DNA from: Octopus bimaculoides
Taxonomy: Eukaryota
Assembly: GCF_001194135.2 (NCBI RefSeq)
Contig: NC_068981.1
Coordinates: forward strand, 147,271,403 to 147,334,094
Reading direction: 5' to 3'
Length of the DNA stretch: 62,692 nt
In this document: positions 25,206 to 37,230 of the stretch, piece after piece
Layout: each line of letters starts with the position of its first letter
How positions within the stretch are numbered: the stretch's first letter is position 1
Position numbers and translations under genes: made by a program
Notes under the pieces: generated by a model
Seen by the model: only the letters and a program-made list of their open reading frames with translations
Told to the model about the DNA's origin: nothing
The model's database searches: none

Positions 25206-26780
25206 ATACCCCCCCCNNNNNNNNNNNNNNNNNNNNNNNNNNNNNNNNNNNNNNNNNNNNNNNNNNNNNNNNNNNNNNNNNNNNNNNNNNNNNNNNNNNN
25301 NNNNNNNNNNNNNNNNNNNNNNNNNNNNNNNNNNNNNNNNNNNNNNNNNNNNNNNNNNNNNNNNNNNNNNNNNNNNNNNNNNNNNNNNNNNNNNNNNNNN
25401 NNNNNNNNNNNNNNNNNNNNNNNNNNNNNNNNNNNNNNNNNNNNNNNNNNNNNNNNNNNNNNNCCTAATACTAAAGCTTAGGGCACTTTAAATAGTGCTG
25501 TTTTCTTAACTATTGCAAAGAGAATAATGTGCACCATTTTCTAAATAGATTAGCAAAGTTTAAGAAGTTATTAAAATTGTGAATTAATTTGGGGACTGAA
25601 TTAGCACTCGAGTTAACAGGATTTCAGGAATACTGTCAAGAAATGACAATGATATTGTTGGTGTCTGTGGTGTCTTAATCCTTCTGTCCTTCAGCGGTGC
25701 CTTAGGCCAGCTGTCTATTCAACATTAAGTTCTTATCCTTTTTCTATAGAGCATACCTGCCAATTCCCTTTGTGCTATTTGTCTTTGGAAGAGTTTTTTT
25801 TGCATAAATTCTGCTCACGAACCAATGATAGACCCATTACAAATATATCTTTCATAAATGTGTGTGTGTGTGCATTTGTATATATCATTATCATGTGTGT
25901 TTAGATAATATACACATGCATAACAGGCTCTTCCACTGTCAAATTGGTCAATTCGAGGCTCTGTTAACCCTTTTGTTATCATATTTCTGTTAAAATAAGC
26001 TACTTTCTTTCTTACAATTAATTTTAAAAATAATGAAGAATTTAGCAAAATGACTGTTCTATGACTAAGCAGGTTTTTGGAATGTAAATCAACATAAAAT
26101 TTTGATAAAAGGTTTTGATCTAGATCACTTTTAAACACGATACTGGTTTCAAAGAACAAGGGATCGTCTCAGGCAGGTTCATGTCGAAAGAGTTAGAAGA
26201 CATTTGCTTAAAAAGTTACACTGGGCTTGAACCTGGAATCATGTGGTTGCAATGCAGCCTTAACTACACAGCTACATTTCCCAAATTCCTGGAAGTTTCA
26301 TCATTCCATATGCCTTGATCATAGTTTTCATGCACTTTTAATTTTCCCAAAGTTCATTGATATTATAGATTTATCAAAGTTGCTAGCTACAATGGAGATA
26401 TTACTGACATCTACTTTTTGAGGTCATTTTAATAATGTTCCATATAACTTGTCTTAGCTGGTTCACATCAAACATGAAAGCTATTTACTACCAGTAAATA
26501 ACATGACCAACATTTTTACCACTCACCCAAACTATATTTATTACAATAAAAAAAAATCAAGAGTCTAAGAAAAGTAGAGGCTGTCTGTGTTGACCAAAAT
26601 GATTTAGTGATGTTCATTAATTTGGATAAGTTTGCATGCCAGTGAGAGAAGGGAATCCTGATTTTGGGACTGATTTTATGTTTGAAAGAGAGTAGGAAAT
26701 TTGAGATGCAGGTGTGTGACCAAAGCCTTGTAAGTGGATTTGGTAGAGAGAAACTGAAAGAAGCCCGTCATGTGTGTATA

Positions 26781-26986
26781 CGAGTGGGGTGCTGAAAAGT
26801 TCCTGGTTTTGGGTAAAAGAAAATACATGATCAGTTTATTATGATTTTATTCAGCATATTCCCCTTTCAGATTCACACACTTATTGCAGCAGTCCTTCAG
26901 TCTTTCTAAGTCCTGTAAAAAGAACTTGGAAGGTTTGGCCTCCTACCAGGCCTTTCACAATGCCCTTAAAACCAGGAACTTTTCAG
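26781..26986. mobile_element. Tc1/mariner-type MITE
   Basis: Perfect 19-bp inverted repeat CTGAAAAGTTCCTGGTTTT (26792-26810) / AAAACCAGGAACTTTTCAG (26968-26986). TA lies at the left end and a (TA)n microsatellite at the right end. Confidence 0.7.
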
Positions 26987-27008
26987 TATATATATATGTA
27001 TATATATA

Positions 27009-27092
<84 letters not shown>

Positions 27093-27174
27093 TTGGGTCA
27101 TAAGATTGGAACCTGGTGCAGCTTTTCGGCTCACCAACCCTCAGTGAAACCATTCAACCCATGCTAGCATGGGT

Positions 27175-28050
27175 TATGTCAGTGTGCATACTCGACAGAG
27201 TGTAAGTGCCTTGAGAGAAAAGTTGGACCTAAGAAGCATCAGATGTGGTGTGCAAGAGAGACGACTGCACTGGTATGGTCATGTGGTGGGAATGGATTAG
27301 GATAGCTGTGTGAAAAAGTGTCACACCCTAGTGGTTGAGGGAACCTGTGGAAGAGATAGACCCAGGAAGACCTGGGATGAAGTGGTGAAGCACGACTTTC
27401 GAGCATTAGGCCTCACCAAAGCAATGACTAGTAACCGAGACCTTTGGAAATATGCTGTGCTTGAGAAGACCCGGCAAGCCAAGTGAGACCATAACCCATG
27501 GCCTATGCTAGTGGTGTAACCAGCCCACTTATGCGTACCTTTCCGTCATTGGACACTAAACTCTGCTTGCGAAGACCTGTTGAAGCAAGTGAAATCAAAA
27601 TCAAATTTGATGACAGCACCGCATGACTGGCATCTGTGCTAGTGGAGCACCATCCGAGCGTGATCATTGCCAGGGATGCTGACTGGCTCCTGTGCTGGTG
27701 GCACTTAAAAATCACCATTTGAGCGTGATCGTTACCAGCGTCGCCTTACTGGCACTTGTGCCGGTGGTATGTGAAGAACAACATTCAAACGAGGTCATTG
27801 CCAGTGCCGCTGGACTGGCTCTTGTGCAGGTGGCACGTAAAAAACACCATTTGAGCATGGCCATTGCCAGTACTGCCTGATTGGCCCTTGTACCGGTGGC
27901 ACGTAAAAGCCACCCACTACACTCTCGGAGTGGTTGGCGTTAAAAACTCTGCCAGATCAGATTGGAGCCTGGTGCAGCCATCTGGCTCGCCAGTCCTCAG
28001 TCAAATCGTCCTACCCATGCCAGCATGGGAAGCAGACGTTAAATGATGAT
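27175..28050 (+). mobile_element. 5'-truncated RTE-clade LINE in CDC73 intron 1, sense
   Basis: SVSALREKLDLRSIRCGVQERRLHWYGH...RPRKTWDEVVKHD, a 3' UTR with four ~66-nt tandem units, and the family tail. Confidence 0.9.
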
Positions 28051-28670
28051 GCATATGTTTTCATGTCTGTGTTTGTCCACTCCACTGCCACTGCTTGACA
28101 ACCAGTGTTGGTGTGTTAACATACCTGTAAATTATCAGCTCTGCAAAAGAGACCAATAGACTAAGTACCAGGCTTAAAAAAGTTCTCGGTTTGATTCATT
28201 CAACTAAAAATTTATCAAGGTGGTGCCCCAGCATGACTGCAGTCTAATGACTGAAACAAGTAAAAGATTAGAACTATTAAGAACATTTTCATAAGAGAGT
28301 GTTGGATAGTGGTTCAATAGCCAGAGTGAAGTGCATGTATGAGGAGAAGGACAATGATGCAATTGGTAGGGGAGAGAAACAAAAAGAGTGGTGATGCTAT
28401 GTCATCTTCTGCTGGAAATTAGCCAATGATTCAACCAGAAATAATTGCCTGTCACAGCTCAAATTTGAAACTCATTGCGACTAACCTCGTTGTAACCACA
28501 TCCCAAATTTCCCTTCTAAAAACCCAACAATCCAAGTCCCTCTGTTAATTCCACTTGTAATTGTATCTCTGATCTCCTCTTCAGATATCTTAACAAGTGT
28601 CCTCACTTCTAGTCTTTTCCTTACCTTCTGACATTAACAATATTAACCATACTCTGAATCAATCTTTTCC

Positions 28671-28748
28671 AGTATTTTGTTAGTCTCTCTCTGACAAGTA
28701 TTTTGTTAGTCTCTCTCTGACAAGTATTTTGTTAGTCTCTCTCTGACA
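28671..28748. repeat. 26-bp tandem repeat x3
   Basis: AGTATTTTGTTAGTCTCTCTCTGACA occurs three times with no spacers. Confidence 0.95.
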
Positions 28749-28825
28749 AGTTGAATTGGCCAGCACCCTTCCTTAAATCTGGAATTGAAAATCAAGTCAA
28801 ATTTAATTCAGATATGTCTCTTATA

Positions 28826-28963
28826 CAGAGTTGGGCAAAGTAGGTATATAGTTGTTTAATATGAGTTGAATGCTTTTTTTCAGTTCTCTCTTTTTTAGGA
28901 TAAGAATTCTATGATTCTATGTTCTTTTTAACTAAAAGGTGTACCTACTTTTGCCCACCCCTA
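28826..28963. mobile_element. Short Tc1/mariner-type MITE
   Basis: Imperfect TIR CAGAGTTGGGCAAAGTAGGTA / TACCTACTTTTGCCCACCCCTA, flanked by TA on both sides. Confidence 0.75.
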
Positions 28964-29910
28964 TATTTTTATTATAGGGGAAATTGTGAAAAAGGAAACA
29001 TGATCACACACAAAAACAACCAAGAACCTAAAGTCAATTAAACAGCTGACTGCATGAAAATCACTGCTTCACATGATTGACAAACATAGTTGATACATAT
29101 TACAGAACAACAACATTAGTGACTCCTGTTACTTAATTTTTATTAGTTTCCCAATGTTTGTATTAGTGAACACTAGTCTCATGTCATAAATGAGGCTCAA
29201 TTCCGTTTTGTTCCCAATCTTCTTTTTCTACACATACCATACTAAAAATGAAACTAGAATCAATCATTTCATTTCCCAAAACTTATTTTGGTGATGCTGT
29301 ATTTTTTTACTAACACAGAGCTTTCAAATGTTCCCAGTAATTTAGCCTTTTAACTGAAGTTGTTTTACTGGTGAACATTCTTTGCAACCCTTCAATTTCT
29401 TTTACGAAACTTGATGAATTTGGAGACAAAAGGTATGAGCAGTAATCTAATCTGCTCAGAACTAAGGTTTTTCCATAGAGTCAGCATAACTACTGGTTTT
29501 CTTATCATGAAGCTTTGCAGGATCCATCCTATGAGATTTAAAGGTCATCATTTGACATAATACTCCTAAGTCCTGTATGCCATTAGCAGTCCTCATTTGG
29601 GTTGTTTGATTTTTAAATATTCCTGAAATTTTTCAGTTTTTAATTTCAAGTTATACATTATAAAGTTTCAAAAAATACATTGTGCTTGATTAGGTTCGCT
29701 AGGGTTGTTTTTGACAGATGTAATGCCATATTCGTGGGGCATTAAAATTATCAATTTGAATGTGAAGTATATATAACTGGAAAAATATACTAGAGCAGCA
29801 CTTAAATGTTCCATCTGCCACCCAGTTCTTGTGCTGTTTCAACTGTCAAAGTTCTTCGTCACTTGCAAATATTAGTATTCATTTTGAATCTTCCGTCCAA
29901 CTGTCATACT

Positions 29911-29985
29911 GTAAAAACATTTCATCATTGTCCAGGTAAAAACATTTCATCATTGTCCAGGTAAAATCATTTCATCATTGTCCAG
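29911..29985. repeat. 25-bp tandem repeat x3
   Basis: GTAAAAACATTTCATCATTGTCCAG occurs three times, with one substitution in the third copy. Confidence 0.95.
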
Positions 29986-31103
29986 GAAAACCCAACATTT
30001 GTAAGTGGAGTGGCAAGACAGTTGGAATCAGCTTGCCTCCAACGTCTAATATTCCTATTAAGCTGTGCAAATGGAGGTATTTGCGACAATGTACAGTTGT
30101 TTAAATTCTGAACTTAACTAGCGATAATTGAGCAAAGGGCATCACAAGCTGAAATAGACTTTACTTTTATATTTGAATCTATTATCCTTGCATTTACCTC
30201 TGCAGCAGTTGAAACATGATTATGGATCCCAATCATCTTAAGCTCTTTATAATTTTCACCTGCACACAATTTTCGCACCTCCAGTATATCTTCAATCCAT
30301 CTACATTCTGCTTATTTTTTGTGTATATATAATTTTCATGATTGACCACTTTGATTTTTTTCTTTCTCTAAAGTTATGAACTTGCAGGTAGTCATGTCGA
30401 TGGGTAGGTGTATTAAATAAATTTAATTTGATTTGGTTGAAAATCTTTGTTCGTAAGCTGTTCAGCACAGATATTTAAGAGAGAGGGGGGGAGGGGTTAA
30501 AAGAAGGAAAAATATATCGGAAACTGTCCAATGACAATTTTAATTCTAAAGTGATTGTTCTAAACTTTCCCTTGAAAATCACATTTAAGAGTATTTTTGG
30601 ACAAATTGGTCAGCGACGAATTGACCTGGGGATGAATTGACCGGGGACAAATTAACCAACGAAATAACTGGGGACAAATTGTCCCAGCACCCTTATGCAT
30701 ACCTAAAGAAACCATTTTTGTAATCCATCCAACTCCATTCCTGATATTTACTCATCTCAATAGCTTGAGCATATGTACTTATGTCTATTGATACAATTCC
30801 CACCTCTTACATCAATGCTTCATCCTTCCTCTGTTATTACAATGATACACACCCATTTTTTTTTCTTTGGTTTACTAAATTATAGTACTAGTCTCATGAG
30901 TTCTTTTTGATCAATTTTGCATAAGCTTTATTTCAATGACATTCCTGTGTCATTTGATTAATATTTGATTTGGATTTGTTTCAGTTTGGAGATGGATGTA
31001 TGAAATTTCATTGTTTCAGAACAACTATATTTCGATGTTTAATTTAAAATTAAATTTGCTTTTAAATAACTTATACCTCTATTTGTTTTTCATATTTTAT
31101 CAG

Positions 31104-31209
31104 TACTGGTAAAGATGGCATTTGCAAAGAATACTACACATTGGACTGCATCCTTTTCCTTCTCAAAAATGTCCACCTGGCACATCCAATTTATGTCGGA
31201 GAAGCGGCG
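31104..31209 (+). CDS. CDC73: Parafibromin exon 2
   Basis: Acceptor ttttatcag|; [35 protein letters not shown]; 106 nt; donor |gtaagt. Confidence 0.96.
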
Positions 31210-32562
31210 GTAAGTTAATGTAGCAGTAAAAGTATTTTGTTCTTTATACTACAACACATTACTCTTAATATGTTCCTTTTAATTTTCCTTAATCCCTGTT
31301 TTAATGTATTGCTAAAATTATTTAAATACTATTTTCATTAGTTATACTTAGGTGAGGTATCCTACTTTTAAATTCTGCTGGAGTGCAGTAGGTAGTTTTG
31401 GTATGTAATTATTAAGATTCTAGTAGGTTTATAAGCAAAATATAGACTGCAGGTTGTTGATGGTGTATGTGTGTGGATGTGACAATTACAATTAGGTTAT
31501 TTATTTGTGTCCAGAAGAGCTGTGTCAAGTTAGTTTCATGTGTTCGTGTGAAACCAGCCCTTGCCCTACTCTAACAGACATTTTGAGCATCTCAGCAATT
31601 ATCCCTCATGGACCAGCTGCTTTCTTCAGCACAACATTTGGTCACATGTAGCATTCTTTAACCATCTCCTTTGTGAGGTTCAGCATCCTGAGGTCAGCTT
31701 TCATCACTTTTACTCATATCTTTTCTTTATCTTCCTCTAACACAACTCCCTTTTCTTGGCACTTCTTTTTTTCACCTAACTGTCATCAGCCATGTACATT
31801 ATATATTTGTACTGGAATCATCTTCTCTCTTGCATGCAAGATATGATTCTGCTTATCACCAGTTTTTTTCTCAACTCATCTGTATTGTGTTATATATCAT
31901 CATTTTACATCCATGCTGGCATGGGTTGAACGGATTGTCACAATTCCAAGTCATTCCTTATTTGGGGTTACTGCCCTTCTAAATGTGTTGGAGGATCATG
32001 TCTCATACATTCTATTTTTGGCATGGTAGTTTCCATGACTGGATACTTTCCCTAAAACCAATCACCCTAGAGTGTACTGGGTGCATTTTATTGTGGTATC
32101 AGCACTAGAGAAGTCATGTCCTCTGCAAGACTAAAAGGCTCTCTCATCTCTACATTATCTCCATTCATTTGCTAACCACTCTACAGATTGGTGTTTTGTT
32201 AGGCATTGCCGCTAGTGAGGTTGCTTTCTACTTTTGAACACCTTCTTGTAAAGATACTTTTGTGCCTCATTCTTTTTGGTGTTAGTAAGTGTGCCATCAT
32301 CACACCATACAGACTTCTTCTCAACAATGTCTCAAATTTTCACTCATGCATTGTCTTGCAACTTGGAATGCTTTACATCTCTAACCCTCATGTCACAGCA
32401 TGGGCAAACCTCTTACATTTGGCTTCTCACTTTGCTAAGAATTACCTATGTCCAGTTTCTCTTCCTGCTACTTTATATTGCTCTTTCTTTTCTTTAGTCT
32501 TTATAAACCTTTATGGCTGAGACTGATATATAATGTCATAATTTGGTGTAGTAATGGTATGT

Positions 32563-32954
32563 GTGGAGGTGCAATGGCCCAGTGGTTAGGGCAGCGGACT
32601 CGCGGTCATAGGATCGCGGTTTCGATTCCCAGACCAGGCGTTGTGTGCATTTATTGAGCAAAAACACCTAAAGCTCCACGAGGCTCCGGCAGGGGATGGT
32701 GGCGAACCCTGCTGTACTCTTTCACTACAACTTTCTCTCACTCTTCCTTTATCTGTTGTATCTGTAATTCAAAGGGTCAGCCTTGTCACACTGTGTCATG
32801 TTGAATATCCCCGAGAACTACGTTAAAGGTACACGTTAAAGGTACACGTTAAAGGTACAGCTACTTGCACGTTAATTTCATGAGCAGGCTGTTCCGTTGA
32901 TCGGATCAACTGGAACCCTCGACGTCGTAAGCGACGGAGTGCCAACAACAGCAA
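32563..32954 (+). mobile_element. Full-length, little-decayed tRNA-derived SINE in CDC73 intron 2
   Basis: A box TGGCCCAGTGG, B box GTTTCGATTCC, and an 11-bp TSD TAATGGTATGT (32552-32562 / 32955-32965). A decayed copy lies at ~48150-48455. Confidence 0.88.
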
Positions 32955-33155
32955 TAATGGTATGTAGTAATGAGACATTAGGATACATACAGACATAAAT
33001 GTTTTGCACCCCCATATGCATTGTTTCCTATACTCATACATGAAAGCTGATTTTTTTTTTTAAAATTTAAATTAAAAAAAAAAAATTATTGTTGTCTCCA
33101 TAATGTTATGATATATATATATATTTCTAAGCTTCATCTTTTTCTCTATCAATAG

Positions 33156-33288
33156 GCAGCAGATGTTACTGTTGTTCGCCGTCCTGATAGGAAAGACTTA
33201 CTATCATTTCTTAATGGTGAGATATCAACATCTAGTAGCATTGATAAAAGTGCACCATTGGAGATATCTATTCAAAGGCCTGTACAAG
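33156..33288 (+). CDS. CDC73: Parafibromin exon 3
   Basis: Acceptor aatag|; [44 protein letters not shown]; 133 nt; donor |gtaagc. Confidence 0.96.
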
Positions 33289-33730
33289 GTAAGCTATGAA
33301 ATGTGTTACTCTAATACAGAATACTTACATAAGACTATTATGTGAATTTGGATAGGATTGGATTGCACATGTTCAATCCACTGTAGCATGTTCTCTCTAC
33401 CAACCATGGTCTGATGTGGGGGCCATGAATTTGAACTTCAGATCATATTGGTTTGATGAGCCTACTCTGTCACACTGGCTTGATATGGCTCGGCAGAGGG
33501 GCCTTATGTCAGCAGAAGTGTCTTGACAATGGATGAGGCACGAGTGTGCTGCTGTGCATCAAACCCCCATCAACTTGTGAATTAATCTTAATAAATAAAT
33601 TATGTACATTTACTTTCATGTGGCCCTTTCAGAGCTAGCATTGTTTATAGATATCTTTCTGAAATATTTTCTTTGGATGCCTTATTTAAATTTCCTTATT
33701 TTATTGCAATATATTATTTTGCTTCTTTAG

Positions 33731-33789
33731 TAAAACGAACAACAGATGATAATCAAGGAGATCAAGAAAAGAAGAAACCTCGACTCGAG
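33731..33789 (+). CDS. CDC73: Parafibromin exon 4 (basic NLS-like KKKPRLE)
   Basis: Acceptor ctttag|; (V)KRTTDDNQGDQEKKKPRLE; 59 nt; donor |gtaggt; keeps frame. Confidence 0.93.
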
Positions 33790-34333
33790 GTAGGTTTCAT
33801 TCAGGAAATCAAATACTTAGTGTCACTAATTATAACTTCTATAATAATTTAGTATTTCTATCAATCTTCATTTATGTTTGAAATTTATGTGGATTGTTAG
33901 AAGTGGAAATTTTAAAACTGAATATTGACCACATGTTGCTGTGTAGTTTAAGTTCATTGCATTATCTTGTATTATATTTTTTTTTATCGATTGACATTAT
34001 AAGTATATAGTATTTTTGTCTTCAGTTTGAGTTAGATTATAATGATTTTTTTAAAAATTAGTCATGTTAGTCACAGAGGAAGGAACAGTAACATGTTTTG
34101 TAAGCGTTCCAGACTGATGAGAATACTGCACTTGATGTTTAGTTGAAACATTTATTGATCAACATCTGCTAGAAAAACAAGTGAGGGAGGAATTTTTTGT
34201 GGGTTGCAGTGTTTTGGATGAAACTTGAAGATTAACTGCATACTGCATTTGTATATTCTGCTATACATTGTAATTGGATTTAGGAACAATCATTGAAAAG
34301 GAACAATCATTGAAAATATGTTATTCTAAAAGC

Positions 34334-36260
34334 TTGTTGGCTGAAAGACATATTGGTCAAAAGATACATTTGTAGTAAAGCTTTTTCATAGAAAAACAAA
34401 TTGATTGAGAGACAAATCGGTTGAGAAGATATTAGTGAAAGAAAAAGATGGCCTATTTGTTGAAATTTTAATGTTTTTCAAAGAAATAGCTAAAAAATTA
34501 TTAAAAAATAATGCTAATATTTCCAACTGTCATAATGTTTTGTAGTGTTAAAATAGACTTCAAAATAAACAAGAAATGTACGCAATCCAATGTCAGCTAA
34601 GGTATATTAAAGCAAAAACTGAATTTTCTAATATACAAACAAGTAATGAGAGTATCATTTTGACCAACAAGGATTCAATTGGTCAAAACAACCAGGGAAA
34701 GAAAATGATATATTTATATTATTTATTGAGCAAAGTAGGCTCCAAATGCTAGTTGCATTCTCTAGAGCCTAGAGTGGCTGATAAATACTAACTAATCAGA
34801 AATAGACATGATGTGTAGAATCTAAGAAGCCATGGTTTTTTTTTTTAAAGTTCTGAATTTGATGGTGTAGTGAAAGACTGCTTCATTAGTTAAAAATAAA
34901 ATGTGATGCACAACACTGATGAAGCTGCGGAAGCCAATTTTTGTGTTGTGGATTTGACAATGATGGAAGTCACCTACAAAAGATCTCAAAATAATACACT
35001 CAGATTTATATATATTGTACTATTTTCATCATCGCATTTACTTGCTAACTGTTAATTATGAAGGTTCACAACAATAACTTTCTATGTTCTATAAGAAACA
35101 AAAGAAGTTATATTTTATTACAACAAAAACAAAAGCACTGATTTCAAAACTCTCTTGGTGACGTGTTGTCATCCTAGGTACCTTATCATGTAAAATGAAA
35201 CAGACATTGTAGGCTCTGTGATTCAAAGTGTCACTCTAAAGACAAGGATCAAGGAAAAGGCCAAAGAACATCCCAAGCTTCTGGGTCCATTCTTCATGCT
35301 AGCATTGTACGAATTCCTCTGAATGCTTTACCCTACCTTCCATCAGCTAACACATTGAAGAGAAAAATCAAACTGGAAGAAACTGCCATTTACCATCTTG
35401 GAAACTGTTGAACAGTCATCTATTCAGAAATGTTTACAAAAACATTGAGAGCAATTCGTGATTCCTGTTGGTGTTACCAATGATCTGAACTGAATCCATC
35501 TCTTCAGTTCCCACTTTTTTTTCTGAAGGAACATTTGACAACTGTCCTATTTGTTGCACCAGTTGTTTACCATTCATTGCAATGTCTATGGAGGAAATTT
35601 ATGTTTGGAAAAAGGTACCATAAACAAATGGTGAACTTATTATTCAGTCCTCCTGGATGAAAGGTGTATACTATAGCTGTCTAAGAGACATATCACAAAA
35701 ATAATATTGCTGTCAAGCATCAACATTTGGCACCTTTGTTAGATTGCATTCTAATGTTATTCTGCATTGAACGCTATATGTAACGAATAACATTTTGTTG
35801 ATTCTTAGATAGCTATTCTGTGGAGTGGTGCTTCCAATATACTAAAAAGTATTATTAATGTAATTTCCTGAAAAAGAATATGAACTGTTGTGTTGGCCTA
35901 TTTAGAATGTTGCATATAATTTTATATATAATTGAATTTTTTAATATTTATGAACATTTCTTTTCTCAAAATACATTTATTTTTCTTATAAAAAAAAAAG
36001 CATTTCCTGAAAATAAATTGAAAATATAATTGATTTAAAGAATAATTTGTTCTTATTTTAAAATTCAAATGAGTAATTAGGAAAATTACATCAGCAAAAA
36101 TTTCAGTCTATTTCTTTTTTTTAGAAATGTTTTTTGATATATGTCTTTCAATATATTTGATGTTGGCTAATATGTTTTTGATTTGTTTTTCAACCAGTTT
36201 GCTTTTCTATCGGTATCTTTTGATCAAATAGTTTTTTCAGCCTATTTACTTTTGACCAAT
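34334..36260 (+). mobile_element. Degenerate Mutator-like (MULE) DNA transposon in CDC73 intron 4
   Basis: Imperfect inverted subterminal repeats (34334-34367 vs 36213-36242). Internal remnants are WCSER..C (~34863), LPSANTLKRKI (~35335) and EGTFDNCP..HQLFTIH (35525-35577), resembling the MULE motif DGTF..CP..F.QLYTIH. Confidence 0.6.
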
Positions 36261-36374
36261 GTATTTTCAATGAACATACTAGCTGTTGTGTGTGCATGCA
36301 GGAAGAATGATACACTTGATATCTTCTTGATATGTCACTATAATATAGTAAAAGTATTGCAGTTTATAAACGTC

Positions 36375-36776
36375 GTCTCCCTCGTTGGACACGAAACTCA
36401 GTTTGCGAAGACTTATTGGGGCAAGCGAAAGCGAAATTGTGATGGCATCTGTGCCTGCGGCATGTGTAAGGACTTTCGAGCAAGATCGTTGCCAGTGCCC
36501 CTGGACTGGCTCTTGTGCGGGTGGCACATAAAATACACCATTTTGAGCGTGGCCGTTGCCAGTACCGCCTGACTGGCCTTCGTGCCGGTGGCATGTAAAA
36601 GCACCCATTACACTATCTGAGTGGTTGGCGTTAAGAAGGGCATCCAGCTGTAGAAACTCTGCCAAATCAGATTGGAGCCTGGTGTAGCCATCTGGTTTCA
36701 CCAGTCCTCAGTCAAATCGTCCAACCCATGCTAGCATGGAAAGCGGATGTTAAACGACGATGATGATGATGATGAT
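36375..36776 (+). mobile_element. RTE-family 3' UTR/tail fragment
   Basis: Same tail as the other copies, ending in (GAT)n; very similar to the reverse complement of 62445-62692. Confidence 0.85.
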
Positions 36777-37144
36777 AAAGATATTGCAATTAAGTGTTCA
36801 GTGTCATGTACTTAAAACTGCTAGACACTGTGTTCAGTTAAAGGAAAACCATTAAATCTATTCACTTGAGTTAATAACACTGAAGAATGAGGATGGCCAC
36901 ATCCACTTCAAAGAAATGTGGTTCACTTACAAATTGTCCATTTGTTAAAGATCTGTGTGAAATCATTCATATAAGTATTGAACTTTCTAAAACCATCTTA
37001 TCTGTTCCAACATAGAAATAGCTGTAGAAAGATTTATAAAGTAATAACTTTGATTAGCTTTTTTAAAAGAGGATTTACTGAATTTAGCTTGTCAGTTATG
37101 ACACCATCATAAGGAAAACAAACTGAGTTTTGTTTACTTTTTAG

Positions 37145-37230
37145 GAAGAGCAAGTACAACAGGCTAAGAAAAACTGGATGAATAAGATCGATGCACCTCG
37201 TGAGACCTCAATGATACCTTCTAAAATTGC
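37145..37230 (+). CDS. CDC73: Parafibromin exon 5
   Basis: Acceptor tttttag|; EEQVQQAKKNWMNKIDAPRETSMIPSKI(A); 86 nt; phase 0 to 2; donor |gtaagt. The sequence is divergent but the size and phases fit. Confidence 0.88.

Noticed and set aside
28671-29985. CRISPR-like repeats of 25-26 bp
   Set aside because: Copies are head-to-tail with no spacers, the context is a eukaryotic intron, and there are no cas genes.
32563-32640. tRNA gene
   Set aside because: It has A and B boxes but no closing acceptor stem, and it continues into a repeated body with a TSD, so it is a SINE head.
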